A DNA stretch of 60,130 nt, filler included, from Sandaracinaceae bacterium (GCA_947483975.1; 5 parts of 5 records of this genome joined end to end with filler, not necessarily neighbours in it), one strand, 5' to 3'; counted from the whole stretch's first letter, positions 21,118-33,698 are shown. The notes: generated from the letters alone by a model not told the origin. A program made the numbers and translations.

Positions 21118-22257
21118 ATGCACCGCTTATCCTTTCTCGCCCGTGCTTCCAGAATCGCGCTCGCGGCCAGCCTCCTCGGCGCGTGCAGCGTCTACGACCC
21201 GAGCCTCGTCGCCACGGACGCTGCCGTTCCGGACATGCGCCACCCGGTCGATCTCGGGCGCGACGACCTCGAGAAGCCGCCTCCGCGCCCGACGGGCACG
21301 GACACCGGCGACATGGACCTCGTCTTCGCGCTGAAGGACATTCACCTCGATCAGGGCTCGACTGGCTGGGGCACCATCGGCTTCGACCTCGACGACCGAT
21401 TGACGACCGCCGACAACCTCGACGTCGAGTGCCTGCCCCCCGACGAGTCCGCGGGCGTCGAGCTCGACGGGCAGCGCGGCATCGACAACGTCTTCGGTGA
21501 CCTGCTCTATCCGCTGATCGACGCGGTGCTGCCGACCCTCGAGACGGATTTTCGCGCGTCGCAGACGGCGGGTCGCGGCACCTTGCTCACGAAGATCAGC
21601 GGCTGGAACGGCCTCGATGACGACCCGCACATCGACGTCGTCGTCGCGCAGTCGGTGCTCGGCACGACCGCCGCCGCGGCGGACGTCAACCCCGCGACGG
21701 GTCTGCTTCGCGCCGGCGGGACGCCTCCTCCGCCGCTCTGGGCGGGCAACGACACCTTCTTCGCCCGCGACGACGCCTTCGTCAGCGGCACCGAGTCCAT
21801 CCCGCTGATTCGTGATTCGAACGCCTACATCGCCGGGCGCAAGGTCGTCCTCGCGCTGCCCGCCGGCACGGAGATCCTGTTCCTCGCCGCCGCACGGTCC
21901 GTCAAGGTCAGCTTCAGCGCGGCGACGGTCGTCGGTACCTTGAGCGCCGACGCGAGCCGCCTCGAGCACGTGACCGTCGCCGGGCGCTGGGCGACCTCGG
22001 AGCTGCTCGACGCCGCGGGCCCCGTGGGGATCTGCCCGGGCTCGAGCCCGTGGATGCTCCTCGGCAACGCGCTCGATCAGCGCGCAGACGTCCGCTCCGT
22101 CCCCGGCTCCGGCGGCCCTGGCGTGCGCTGCGACGCGATCAGCCTCGGCGTGACGCTGGAGGGCTACGCCGCTCGCTGGGGCGGGCTGGCTCCCGCGCCC
22201 GTCCCGCCCGACTGCTGCGCAGGCACGCCGGGCGGCTCGGGCTGCCCGCCCCTCTGA
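21118..22257 (+). CDS. Hypothetical lipoprotein
   Basis: Lipobox LLGAC, GFDLD / DGQRGIDN motifs, Cys-rich C-terminus, strong GC3 bias. Confidence 0.7.
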   Translation: MHRLSFLARASRIALAASLLGACSVYDPSLVATDAAVPDMRHPVDLGRDDLEKPPPRPTGTDTGDMDLVFALKDIHLDQGSTGWGTIGFDLDDRLTTADNLDVECLPPDESAGVELDGQRGIDNVFGDLLYPLIDAVLPTLETDFRASQTAGRGTLLTKISGWNGLDDDPHIDVVVAQSVLGTTAAAADVNPATGLLRAGGTPPPPLWAGNDTFFARDDAFVSGTESIPLIRDSNAYIAGRKVVLALPAGTEILFLAAARSVKVSFSAATVVGTLSADASRLEHVTVAGRWATSELLDAAGPVGICPGSSPWMLLGNALDQRADVRSVPGSGGPGVRCDAISLGVTLEGYAARWGGLAPAPVPPDCCAGTPGGSGCPPL

Positions 22258-22371
22258 GCCCTCGCTCGCCGAGCGTGGGGACGCGCCGCCTCGCCGCGCG
22301 CTCGCCGACGGCGGCGCGCTCGCTGACGGCGGCGCACTCGCTGATCGCCGCGCCCGGCGTTCGCAGGCACA

Positions 22372-24538
22372 ATGCCGCCCATGCGTTTTCTGCGCCGCGC
22401 GTGTCTCCCCTTCGCGACCGTCCTGCTGCTCGCCCTGCTCGCCCCGAGGGGCGCCGCGCACGCGGTCGACCCGCATCGCAGCTTCGAGCGCCTCGTGTCC
22501 GGCAACGGGCACGCGGTCGTCAGCTACGACCGCGCGAGCCGTCGCGTCGACACCTTCCTCGAGCACCCTTATCGCTTCTTCGCGCCGCGCGGCCCGGCGG
22601 CCGACCTCTGCTATTCCGCCGACGAGTCGCGCGACCTCGCCTACGACGCGTACTTCGGCGTGCGCTCGGGCAGCGGCGGCGCGGCGGGCGGTGAGCGCGG
22701 GGAGTGGCTGAGCGAGCTCCCGCTCGACGACGCCGCGATGGAGCCCGGCACTGGCATCATCGTCGCGCGTCAGCACGCGGGGGCCGACCGCGCGCTCGAG
22801 GCGACGACCTACGCGTTCACGCCGATGGGCTACGACGGCCCCGCGCTCGTGCTGCTCCTCGAGCTGACGAACGTCTCGGACGCGCCCATCACGGCGAGCC
22901 CGCTCGCGCTCCTCAACTTTCATCTCGGCGACGCCGCCGGGGCACACGAGCCGAGCGCGGACGCCGAGCAGGTCGCCTACGACGCGGCGCGCGGCGTCTA
23001 CTACGAGTACTCGGACGCGAGCCGCGGGACGATGGCCTATGTGCCGCTGAGCGCGCTCGCGCACGGCACGGTGTCGAGCGGGGACGCGGGCGCGTACCGC
23101 TCGCTCGGCGCGCTGCGCGACCTCGACGATGTGCGGAGCACGACCGCCGCGACGAGCGACGTCGCCCCGGGGCTGCAGGGCGCGGGCGGCGTGCTCGCCC
23201 CCGGCGCGTCCGCGTGGATGGCGGTCGCCGCCGTGTGGTCGCTCGACGAAGACTCCGGCCCTGACGTCGACGCACTCCGCACCTGGGCGGGCGCGCGCAC
23301 TCCCGAACAGCTCGTGCAGCGCGAGCGCGACGAGTGGGCGGCGTGGCACGCGACAGGCACGCTCGACGCGTCCCTCCAAGGCGAGGCCGCGACGCTGCGA
23401 ATGGGCCAAGTGCGCGAGTCGGGCCCGGGATATGGGCAGATCCTCGCGAGCCTGCCGCCGGGCTTCGGGGACCTCAACGCGCAGTGGAACATCGCCTGGG
23501 TCCGCGACATGGCCTATGCGACTGCCGCGCTCGCCCGCGCCGGACATCTGCCGGAGGCGCTCGCGGCCTTGCGCTTTCAGCTTCGAGCGCCGCGCGGTGA
23601 GCACGAGTCTGCGGTGGGGCGCCCCTATCGACTCTCGGTGACGCGCTACTTCGGCAACGGCGCAGAGGAGAGCGACTGCAACGCGGACGGGCCGAACATC
23701 GAATTCGATGGCTTCGGGCTGTTTCTCTGGTCGCTCGGCGAGTACGTGCGCTCGGGCGGTTCGATCGAGGAGGTGCGCCCCTATTGGCCCACGATTCGCG
23801 ACGAGATAGCCGATGTGCTCGTGTCGCTCGTCGGGCCTGACGGGGTGATCTCCGCGGACTCGTCCATCTGGGAGGTGCACGTCAACGGCCGACAGCGGCA
23901 CTTCACCTACACCTCGCTCGCCGCGGCGCGGGGCCTCTGTGACGCGGCGATGCTCGCGACCCTGCTCGGCGAGGCCGCCGACGCGACGCGCTACACGATG
24001 GCTGGCGCGGGCGTGCGCGACGCGGTCGTCGCCCGACACACCGACGGGCACGGCGTGCTCGCGCAGAGCGGTGAGGACCTCGCGACGGGGCACGGCTACC
24101 TCGACGCGGCGGCCGTCGAGGCGCTCAATTGGGGCATCGTCGATCCCGTTGGGCGAGTCGCGCAGGCGACGGTACAGGCGCTCCGAGACAACCTCACGGT
24201 CGCGCACGGCCGCGGCCTGATGCGCAACGACGACGGCGGCTGGTACGACTCTCAAGAGTGGGTGTTCGTCGACATGCGCCTCGCCGCGGCGACGCGCGGC
24301 ACGCCGGGCGCGGCGGCGCTGACGACGTGGATCGACGAGCAAGCGGCCCGCAACGGCGGCAACATCAGCGAGCTCCACGAGGCCGTCACCGCGGACTATC
24401 GCGGCTCAGTGCCGATGGTCGGCTTCGGCGCCGGCACGCGCATCCTCGCGGCGCTCGACGTCGCGCCGAACCCCGCGTGCGGCGCGTACGCCGCGGAGCC
24501 TCCGCCGCCCGAGGTCGTCGACGGCGGCCCCCCGCTGA
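22372..24538 (+). CDS. Secreted glycoside hydrolase family 15-like protein (3' end cut by gap)
   Basis: Signal peptide, ILAS, WNIAWVRD, EFDGFG, DSSIWE, FTYTS, DGGWYD, ISELH. Confidence 0.72.
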
Positions 24539-24638
24539 NNNNNNNNNNNNNNNNNNNNNNNNNNNNNNNNNNNNNNNNNNNNTTAATTAATTAANNNNNN
24601 NNNNNNNNNNNNNNNNNNNNNNNNNNNNNNNNNNNNNN
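24539..24638. other. Artificial contig spacer
   Basis: 100 bp of N with TTAATTAATTAA. Confidence 0.98.
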
Positions 24639-25311
24639 AAGCGCGGGAGGGCGGCTCCCCGAGGAGCAGGCGGTTCTTCGGCGTGATCGTCTCGGGGATG
24701 TGCTGCGTGTGCACGGTGTAGCCGTGGGCGCGCAGCCGCGCGACGCGCGTCACGTCGATGGCGAGCGGGGCGTCGAGCCAGCCGCCGAGCCCGCCCTGGT
24801 CGCCGAGGGCGGCGTCTTGGCAGCAGGGCAGCACGACGACGCGCGCGCTCGCGGCGATCGCCAAGCCGAGCACATCGTCAGTCAAAGCGCCGCAGGCGTG
24901 CGCGGAGACGAGCAGGTCACCGGGGCCTACCTCCACGTCCGCGAGGGCGCGCTCGACGCGCGACACGCGCCCCTGCAGGCGCGGCCACTCGGCCTCGAGC
25001 GCGGCGCCGAGCAGCGCGGCGCTCTGCGGCAGGCGCACGTCGGCTGCCAGCGCGTCGGGCGAGGTGTCGTCGAGCAGGAGCAGCAGATACGCGAGCAGCG
25101 CGTGCCCGCACGCGAGGTCGACGACGCGCCCGCCGCGAAAGCGCCTCCGCGCGCGGCGCGCGACCTCCCACGACTCGAAGAGCTCCTTGCGCGGCAGGCA
25201 CTCGGCGCGACACACCGTCCGCGCGACGCGGTCGAAGAGCGTCGTCCCGGCGAAGCGCCCGAGGTCACGGGGCGTCAGGCGCGAGCGGCTCGCTGGGTCG
25301 AAGGGCTCCAT
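24639..25311 (-). CDS. SAM-dependent methyltransferase (stop lost in gap)
   Basis: VVDLACGHALL, SAHACGALTD, LPCC, ITPKNRLL. Confidence 0.8.
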
Positions 25312-25350
25312 GCGGCTAGGCCTCGAGCGCCGTCGCGCGGCTCGAGCGGC

Positions 25351-25977
25351 TCATGCGCCGCACGCCGCGAGCCAGGCGTCGAGGGTCGGCTTCGTCGTCT
25401 CGAGCGCGGCGCCATCGAGCGCGACGTGCGCGAGGGCGGCGTAGCGCTCGTCGCGGCGCCTGAGCAGCTCCGCGAAGCAGCGCGGCAGCGCGTCGATGAC
25501 AGCCTCCCCGTCGCGCGGCTCGAACGCGCCGTCCCAGACGACGGGCTTCGGCTCGAGGCGATAGCGCTCGAGCATCGCGTCGCGCCAGCGCTCGGGCGTG
25601 CGCAGGTACACGACGCGACACGTCTCGCGGAGCCCCGCGAGCAGGTCGTCGGGCAGGTAGATGACGCTCCCCGTCGTGTCGAGGACGTGGGCGCCGACGG
25701 TCTCGCTGACGGCCGCGAGCGCGCGCCGCGTCACGCGCTCTTCGAGGGCGAGGTACTGCGCCTCGCGCTCCGCGTAGCCTGACGACCACGGCATCCCCAT
25801 CCAGCGACCGAGCGCGTGCACGGGCGCCTCCCCCGGAGCGACGGGCGCGAGCGTGGCGAGCCCGGCGGCGATCTCAGCGTCGCAGTCGTGGCGCAGAAAG
25901 CCGCGCTCCGCCGCGAGGCGCTGCGCCCAGAAGCTCTTGCCGATCCCCGACATCCCGACGAGACAGAGCGGCCGCAT
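25351..25977 (-). CDS. Shikimate-kinase-like P-loop kinase
   Basis: LVGMSGIGKS, DCD, DTTGSVIY, VVYL, RDERYAALA. Confidence 0.7.
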   Translation of the reverse strand: MRPLCLVGMSGIGKSFWAQRLAAERGFLRHDCDAEIAAGLATLAPVAPGEAPVHALGRWMGMPWSSGYAEREAQYLALEERVTRRALAAVSETVGAHVLDTTGSVIYLPDDLLAGLRETCRVVYLRTPERWRDAMLERYRLEPKPVVWDGAFEPRDGEAVIDALPRCFAELLRRRDERYAALAHVALDGAALETTKPTLDAWLAACGA

Positions 25978-26029
25978 GGTGGCCCCGGGTATGCGCCGAC
26001 AGCGCGCGCGAGGCCACCTCGGGCCCCGC

Positions 26030-26512
26030 TCAGGGGCGACGACTCGGGCGTCCGCTGAGGGCCGCCAGGGGCTCCCCGTGCTGCTCGCGCACGAGCGCCA
26101 GGGCGAGCTTGACGACGTCGCCGCTCGTCACGATCCCGACGAGCGCGCCCGCGCGGTCGAGCACCGGGAGGCAGCCGAGGCGGTGCTTCAGCATCAGGTG
26201 GAGCGCCTCCTCGACCGGCTGATCGTCGTGCACGGTGCTCGGGTGCGGCGACATCACGTCCTCGACGCGGACCATGCCGAGCGCCTTCTTGCGCATCTCG
26301 GCGTCCGGCACGAGGAGCACAGAGGGCTGCGCCGAGCGCAGATCGCGGTCGCTGAGGACGCCGACGGCGCGCCCCTTCGGGTCGACCACGACCAGGTGCA
26401 TCACGTGCTTGGCGACCATCTTCTCGGACGCCGCGAGCGCGCCCGCGTCGCGCGCGATCGTCTCGACGGGGGCGCTCATGATCGTTCGGGTCAGCTGCTT
26501 GGTCGATGACAC
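26030..26512 (-). CDS. Tandem CBS-domain protein
   Basis: IMSAPVETI, HLVVVD..AVGVLSDRDL, VEDVMS, GCLPVLD..LVGIVTSGD. Start uncertain. Confidence 0.85.
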   Translation of the reverse strand: MSSTKQLTRTIMSAPVETIARDAGALAASEKMVAKHVMHLVVVDPKGRAVGVLSDRDLRSAQPSVLLVPDAEMRKKALGMVRVEDVMSPHPSTVHDDQPVEEALHLMLKHRLGCLPVLDRAGALVGIVTSGDVVKLALALVREQHGEPLAALSGRPSRRP

Positions 26513-26671
26513 TGTCGGGCTCCCTGCCGTGCTCGGTGCGGATGCCCCCCGACGGCAGCGGGCCACTCGCACCCGCTACCCACTCAACGACGAACCGGCG
26601 CTCGTTTGTAGCACAGCGCACTCGAACACCGGCTTGCCTGCTCCGACGGGCGCGCAGCCGAAAGGACGAGG

Positions 26672-27889
26672 TCAGCGATGCGAGACGTGCGCGGGGGCGG
26701 CGAGGCGCGAGAGGAACGTGGCGCCGCCCGGATCGCCGAGCAGATAGAGCGCGAAGAAGCCCGCCGCGACATCCGCCGCGAGCCCGCGCGCGCGCGCGTT
26801 GTCGAGGTAGGTGAACGCGGCGTGCGGCGCCGTCTGCCGCAGCCCGGGGCCGCAGCCCGCGAGGAAGTTGTCGCCGCCGAGGCCAGCGATGTCCGAGAAC
26901 GACCAGTGGCCGGTGTCCTCGACCTCGACGAGCCAGGCGGGCCCCGCGAGCCGCCGGTAGTCGTTGCGGATCAGCCCGTTGCCGGTCTCGGTGATGCTGT
27001 TGTCCTCGCGCGCCAGCAGGAACAGATACGGAATGTGCAGGTCCGCCGGGCGCGTGCCGCCGAGCGCGGAGATCGGCGCGGCGATCGAGAGCGCCGCGAC
27101 GAAGCGCGGGTCCGCCGTCGCGACGGCGCCGGTCGTCACGCCGCCGAAGGAGTGCCCCATCACCGCCGCGCGGCTCGCGTCGAGGTGGCCGCGGAGGTCG
27201 TCGGGGATCTCTGCGGCCGTCCCGTCGAGCAGGCGATCGAGCACGCGCCGCACATCGCTCACGCGCACCGCGAGGAAGGCGTTGCCGACGTCGGCGCTCG
27301 TGCCCGCCTCGAGATCCCAGAGCGTGTTGCCCTCGTGGTCCGGCGCGGCGACGACGATGCCGTGCGAGGCGAGGCGCTCCGCGATCTCGGCGACGTCGAA
27401 GCGCGTGCAGGTGTGGCAGTGCGAGAACACCACGACGGGCCAGGGCGAGGCGCTCGTCGCTGCGGCAGGCGCCGCGGCCGAGGCCGTCGTCGCGCGCAGG
27501 CACGCGGAGTCGGACGCCGTGACTAGCTCCGCGAGGCGCGCCTCGTGCGCGGTGCCGGTCTCGAACGCCGCCATGGGCTGACCGAGCGAGGCCTCCGCGC
27601 GCGCCGCCTCGTCGGCGGGGTACCAGAGCTCGACCGGCAGCGCGCGGGCGCCGCTCCCGTCGTCCATCGTGATGCGGCGGTTGCCGACCGCGTACGGCCC
27701 GGCGACGGCGTAGTCGCGCAGGGGCTCGACCGGCGGTCCGGCGTCGAAGTTCGCGTCGATGGTCGCGAGATCGACGGGGGCCGCGGCGTCCGTCGGCGCG
27801 CTCGCGTCGTCATCGCCGCAGGCGCCGAGCGCGAGCGTCATGAACAGGAAAACGAAGGAAGACACGGAGGGTCGGGCGAAGGGAGGCAT
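26672..27889 (-). CDS. Lipoprotein alpha/beta-hydrolase (PAF-acetylhydrolase/dienelactone-hydrolase-like)
   Basis: Lipobox LGAC, GPYAVG, ELWYPA, PVVVFSH, LASHGIVVAAPDH, GHSFGG, GHWSFSD. Confidence 0.82.
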   Translation of the reverse strand: MPPFARPSVSSFVFLFMTLALGACGDDDASAPTDAAAPVDLATIDANFDAGPPVEPLRDYAVAGPYAVGNRRITMDDGSGARALPVELWYPADEAARAEASLGQPMAAFETGTAHEARLAELVTASDSACLRATTASAAAPAAATSASPWPVVVFSHCHTCTRFDVAEIAERLASHGIVVAAPDHEGNTLWDLEAGTSADVGNAFLAVRVSDVRRVLDRLLDGTAAEIPDDLRGHLDASRAAVMGHSFGGVTTGAVATADPRFVAALSIAAPISALGGTRPADLHIPYLFLLAREDNSITETGNGLIRNDYRRLAGPAWLVEVEDTGHWSFSDIAGLGGDNFLAGCGPGLRQTAPHAAFTYLDNARARGLAADVAAGFFALYLLGDPGGATFLSRLAAPAHVSHR

Positions 27890-27937
27890 TTCGTTCCCTG
27901 TTCCATAACACGCAGTGCGGGGGTTCCGCGCGCGGCG

Positions 27938-29257
27938 CTACTCAGGCGGCGGCTGCGCGGGCGGCGATACAGGCGGCGGCTTGCGCAGGAGGTCGCGGAG
28001 CGCCGTCGGGCGCGCGAGGCGGGCGCCGCTCTTGCCGTGGAGCACGCGCTGCGCGGGGTAGATGCTGCGGTGTCCCGTCAGCAGATAGGCGAGCACGCAG
28101 ACGATGGCGACGTGCGGAAGCACGTCCGCGCCGAGCAACTCCACCGCCATCAGCGAGAGCGCGAGCGGCGTGTTGGACGCCGCCGCGAACACCGCCGCCA
28201 TGCCGACGCCCGCCCCGAGCGCGAGCGGCAGCCCGAGCCACTGAGCGAGCACGCTGCCGAGCGCCGCGCCGACGAAGAAGAGCGGCGTGACCTCCCCGCC
28301 GAGAAAGCCCGCGCCGAGCGTCACCGCGGTGAAGAGCAGCTTCGCCGCGAACGCGTAGGCGGGGAGCGTCGGGTCCTCGAACGCGCGCACGATCGTCGGC
28401 ACGCCGAGCCCGAGGTAGTCGCTCGTGCCGAACAGCTTCCACAGCGCGACGACGAGCGCGCCGCCGACGAACATCCGCACCGGCAGGCGCGGCACGCGGA
28501 GCTCGCCCTGCCGCTTGAGGAAGTGCGTCAGCTCGATGAACGCTGCGGCGACGAGCGCGACGGCGAACGCGAAGACGACCCACTTTCCTAGCAACAGCGG
28601 GGTCAGCGACAAGTGTGGAGGCGCTGGATAGTGCGTGTGCGCGATGCCGAGCGCCCGCGTCGTCAGGTCCCCGACGACCGAGGCGACGAGCGCGGGCACG
28701 AGCGCGCCGTACTCGAGCCGCCCCAGCACGACGAACTCGAGCCCGAACACCGTCCCGGCGATGGGCGTCCCGAACACCGAGCCGAAGCCGCCGGCGACGC
28801 CCGCGGCGAGCAGCTGCCGCCGCATCGCGGGCGTGACCTTCAGCCAGTGGGCGAGGCCATCGGCGAAGCTCGCGCCCATCTGCACAGCGGTCCCTTCGCG
28901 CCCGGCGCTGCCGCCGAACACGTGAGTGAGCACCGTGCCGACGAGCACCATCGGCGCCATACGGAGCGGCAGCTGCGGCCCTTCGTCGTGCAGAGTGTCG
29001 ATGACGAGGTTGTTGCCGCCCTTGATCGACGCGCCGAAGCGCTCGTAGACGAAGCCGATCGCGAGCCCGGCGAGCGGCAGCGTGTAGACGAGGGCCTCGT
29101 GCCCCGCGCGGTAGTCCGTCGCGAGCGCGAGCAGCCAGAGAAAGAGCGCAGACGCCGCGCCACAGAAGACGCCGACGACCGCGCCGAGCGTGATCCAGCG
29201 CGCGAGGACGCCGAGGCGTTCGCTCAGCGCGGCGACGGCGTGGGAAATGGACGACAC
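27938..29257 (-). CDS. eriC: CLC-family fluoride/H+ antiporter (CLC-F clade)
   Basis: CLC-F signature motifs GNNLV, GREGT and GEVTP, multiple TM segments. Confidence 0.88.
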   Translation of the reverse strand: MSSISHAVAALSERLGVLARWITLGAVVGVFCGAASALFLWLLALATDYRAGHEALVYTLPLAGLAIGFVYERFGASIKGGNNLVIDTLHDEGPQLPLRMAPMVLVGTVLTHVFGGSAGREGTAVQMGASFADGLAHWLKVTPAMRRQLLAAGVAGGFGSVFGTPIAGTVFGLEFVVLGRLEYGALVPALVASVVGDLTTRALGIAHTHYPAPPHLSLTPLLLGKWVVFAFAVALVAAAFIELTHFLKRQGELRVPRLPVRMFVGGALVVALWKLFGTSDYLGLGVPTIVRAFEDPTLPAYAFAAKLLFTAVTLGAGFLGGEVTPLFFVGAALGSVLAQWLGLPLALGAGVGMAAVFAAASNTPLALSLMAVELLGADVLPHVAIVCVLAYLLTGHRSIYPAQRVLHGKSGARLARPTALRDLLRKPPPVSPPAQPPPE

Positions 29258-29274
29258 TTCGAGGCGGCTCCTGC

Positions 29275-29342
29275 GCGGGCATCATGGACGAGTTCCTGGC
29301 GAGCGCGCGTCTCGCGGAGCGCGCAGGACGCCCGCTCCCTCG
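29275..29342 (-). promoter_or_regulatory. Fluoride-riboswitch-like leader (atypical)
   Basis: Minus strand GGAGCGGGCGUCCUG...CCAGGAACUCGUCCAUGAUGCCCGC just upstream of eriC. GGCGUC/GAUGCC pairing and AUGAUGCC tail resemble the crcB motif, but GAUG and UAC are replaced. Confidence 0.45.
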
Positions 29343-29387
29343 ACCCGAGACCTGACGATCCCGACCAGCGCGACGACGCTTGGGCGG

Positions 29388-31598
29388 TCAGGGAGCGAGC
29401 GGCGCCGCGGGCGGCACAGGCGCGACGATCTCGGCCGTGCCGGAGCGCCAGCTCTCGAAGAAGTGGAGCATCTGCCACTGCGCGGCGTCCACCGGGTTGT
29501 CCACGACGACGGTCAGCCCGTTGTCGGTGAACGGGGGCGCGACGGGGTGCACGACGTTCGCCTCGCCGCTGCGCCAGGAGAGCATCCCGTGCGTCGCGGG
29601 GTCGAACACGACCAAGCCGCGGGTCGCCATCGCGCTGCCCGACTCGCCGAGCAGCACGTTGCCGCGCGCCGGGAACACGTCCATCGCGACGTCCGAGTAG
29701 CGCGGCGTCGCCTCGAGCATCGGAATCCGCGCCGCGCGCGCGAGCGACTCGGTCGCGACGTTGTGGACGTTCTCGTCGTCGAAGGCCATCTGCATCAGCA
29801 CGTCCACGCTGCGCCCTCGGAGCGCGCCCGCGTAGCCGATCGAGTCGCCGCGATCGAAGAGCGTCTGCCACACCGCCGCCTCTGGGTAGAAGTAGACAGG
29901 ATCGTGCGGGTCGGTCGCGATGCCCGACCGCAGGCCGAAGCGCTGCAGCAGGATCGGCAGGTACGAGGTCGCGTACGCGGGGCTCGTCGAGACGAAGCGC
30001 ACGATGCTCCCGCCCGTCACGTTGAGCAGCGCAGCGCCGACGTCCGGCTCCATGGCGACGAAGGTCGTGCCGATGATGCCGCCGAGCGACACCCCGACGA
30101 ACGCGACCGGCGACGCCGAGAAGCCCAGCGTCGACAGCGACGCGTCCGCCTCGCGGACCTGCGTCAGGTCGCCGCTACGGAGCGTGTGCGTCAGCGACAT
30201 CAGGTCGACGACCGCCTGCCGGAGCGAGTCGCGGAAGTAGAGCGGCGAGAACGCGACGAGCTCACCGCCGTCGTCCGAGATGCCCGTGAAGTCGAGCACG
30301 ACCCCGACGCCGCCCGAGTCGCCGAAGCCGTCCGGCACGGGCTCACCCGTGAAAGTGTTCTCGAAGTCGGGCGACGCGCCCGCCGCGCGCAACCCGTGGT
30401 AGGGCGCGTCGATCGAGGCGACCGCCCAGCCAGCTTCGGCGCAGGTGTCGACGATCGCGAGCGCATCGCCGCGATTGCCCCCGAGCCCGTGCTGAAAGAC
30501 GATCAGCGGCAGCGCGGAGAGGTCCGTCGCCTCCGGGACGAAGAGCGTGAAGGGCACGTCCTCGGTCCGCTTGACGACGAGCGCGCCGGACGCGTCCCGC
30601 AGGAAGCGCCCGTGGTGCCCGGCTGACGGCGAGCTGAAGCTCGGCGAGGGGATCGTGCCGCTGAGCATCGCGCGCACGTGCGAGTGCAGCACTCCGCCCG
30701 GCACATCGAGCCCCGCGACCGGCTCGGAGGGCACGCCGAGGCGCGCGTCGAGCGCGGGCAGTCCGACCACGGCATCGCTCACCACCGCGAGCGGGGACAC
30801 CGTGGCGCGCACGACCGCACGCGCGTCGCTGAGATCATCGGTGATCGTCTGGACGTGAAAGACGGCCAGCCCGGCGATACGCGCGCGCGGCAGGCCCGTC
30901 GACTCCAGCGTCGCGAGCACGGGCGCGTATTCGTTCCACGCAGCGCCTTCGGTCGCGTCGCTCGGGCGCGACAGCGCATCGCGGATGGCCGCGAACTGCG
31001 AGGTCGGCGCGAGGGGAAGGCCGTCGGCCGTCAGCACCGAGGTGGTGACGACCGCCGCATACACGCCGCCCTCCCGCAGCGGATGGCCGTCCGCCGGCCG
31101 GAGCGCGAGCAGCTGCCGGGCGGGCAGCCAGTGGGCCTCGACCGGCACGCGCGAGAGCGGCGCGTCCGACGCAGGATCGATGTCGATGAGGAAGGCGCTC
31201 GCCGTCTCCGTCGTAGACTGCGCCGTCGTGCTCGGCAGTGAAGCCGGATCGATCGGGCCGGTCATGTGGAAATACGAGGGCGTCACCTGCCCGAAGCCAT
31301 CGAGCTCGAGGAGAGATGTGCGCAGCGACTCGAGGAAGTCGGGGTCGCCTCGCCCGCCCTGCCCCGGCACCGACGCGACGTCGATGTGCCCGTCCGCGTT
31401 CCGGTACAGATCGTCGGGCCACGGGATCGCACCGAGGGCCATCGGACCCGCGGTGAGGGCGTACTCCGGCGCCGTCGCGGCGGGAGTTGGCGGGCTGACA
31501 GCGTCGTCGCCGCACGCCGCGAGCGAGAGGAGCGCAGAGCCAAGCAGCGAGAGGCGGAGGAGGTCAGAACGATTCGAAAAGAGAAGGTCGTGCTTCAT
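29388..31598 (-). CDS. Large lipoprotein with C-terminal alpha/beta-hydrolase (lipase-like) domain
   Basis: Lipobox LAAC, PWPDDL, LDGFG, FQHGLGG, IDAPYHG, GVSLGG, THG. Confidence 0.78.
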   Translation of the reverse strand: MKHDLLFSNRSDLLRLSLLGSALLSLAACGDDAVSPPTPAATAPEYALTAGPMALGAIPWPDDLYRNADGHIDVASVPGQGGRGDPDFLESLRTSLLELDGFGQVTPSYFHMTGPIDPASLPSTTAQSTTETASAFLIDIDPASDAPLSRVPVEAHWLPARQLLALRPADGHPLREGGVYAAVVTTSVLTADGLPLAPTSQFAAIRDALSRPSDATEGAAWNEYAPVLATLESTGLPRARIAGLAVFHVQTITDDLSDARAVVRATVSPLAVVSDAVVGLPALDARLGVPSEPVAGLDVPGGVLHSHVRAMLSGTIPSPSFSSPSAGHHGRFLRDASGALVVKRTEDVPFTLFVPEATDLSALPLIVFQHGLGGNRGDALAIVDTCAEAGWAVASIDAPYHGLRAAGASPDFENTFTGEPVPDGFGDSGGVGVVLDFTGISDDGGELVAFSPLYFRDSLRQAVVDLMSLTHTLRSGDLTQVREADASLSTLGFSASPVAFVGVSLGGIIGTTFVAMEPDVGAALLNVTGGSIVRFVSTSPAYATSYLPILLQRFGLRSGIATDPHDPVYFYPEAAVWQTLFDRGDSIGYAGALRGRSVDVLMQMAFDDENVHNVATESLARAARIPMLEATPRYSDVAMDVFPARGNVLLGESGSAMATRGLVVFDPATHGMLSWRSGEANVVHPVAPPFTDNGLTVVVDNPVDAAQWQMLHFFESWRSGTAEIVAPVPPAAPLAP

Positions 31599-31679
31599 AG
31601 TGGAGTAGCGGTAGAAGGTTCCACGGATGGCCGGGGGCGGCAATCGCGGACCGCTCCCGGGGCGGCTCGGCGCACGGCT

Positions 31680-31707
31680 TTGACGTTTACGACGCGACAG
31701 TTAGACT
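31680..31707 (+). promoter_or_regulatory. Candidate sigma70 promoter for the Ser/Thr kinase
   Basis: TTGACG-N16-TAGACT, 50 bp upstream of ATG 31758. Confidence 0.45.
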
Positions 31708-31757
31708 CGTCCCGAGGATTTTTCTGACGGCTCGTGCGTCGAAGGCTCACCCAGACC

Positions 31758-33698
<1,941 letters not shown>

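Noticed and set aside
26030..26512. CBS protein as acuB partner of the GNAT/HDAC pair
   Set aside because: It is on a different contig piece, so there is no evidence of linkage.
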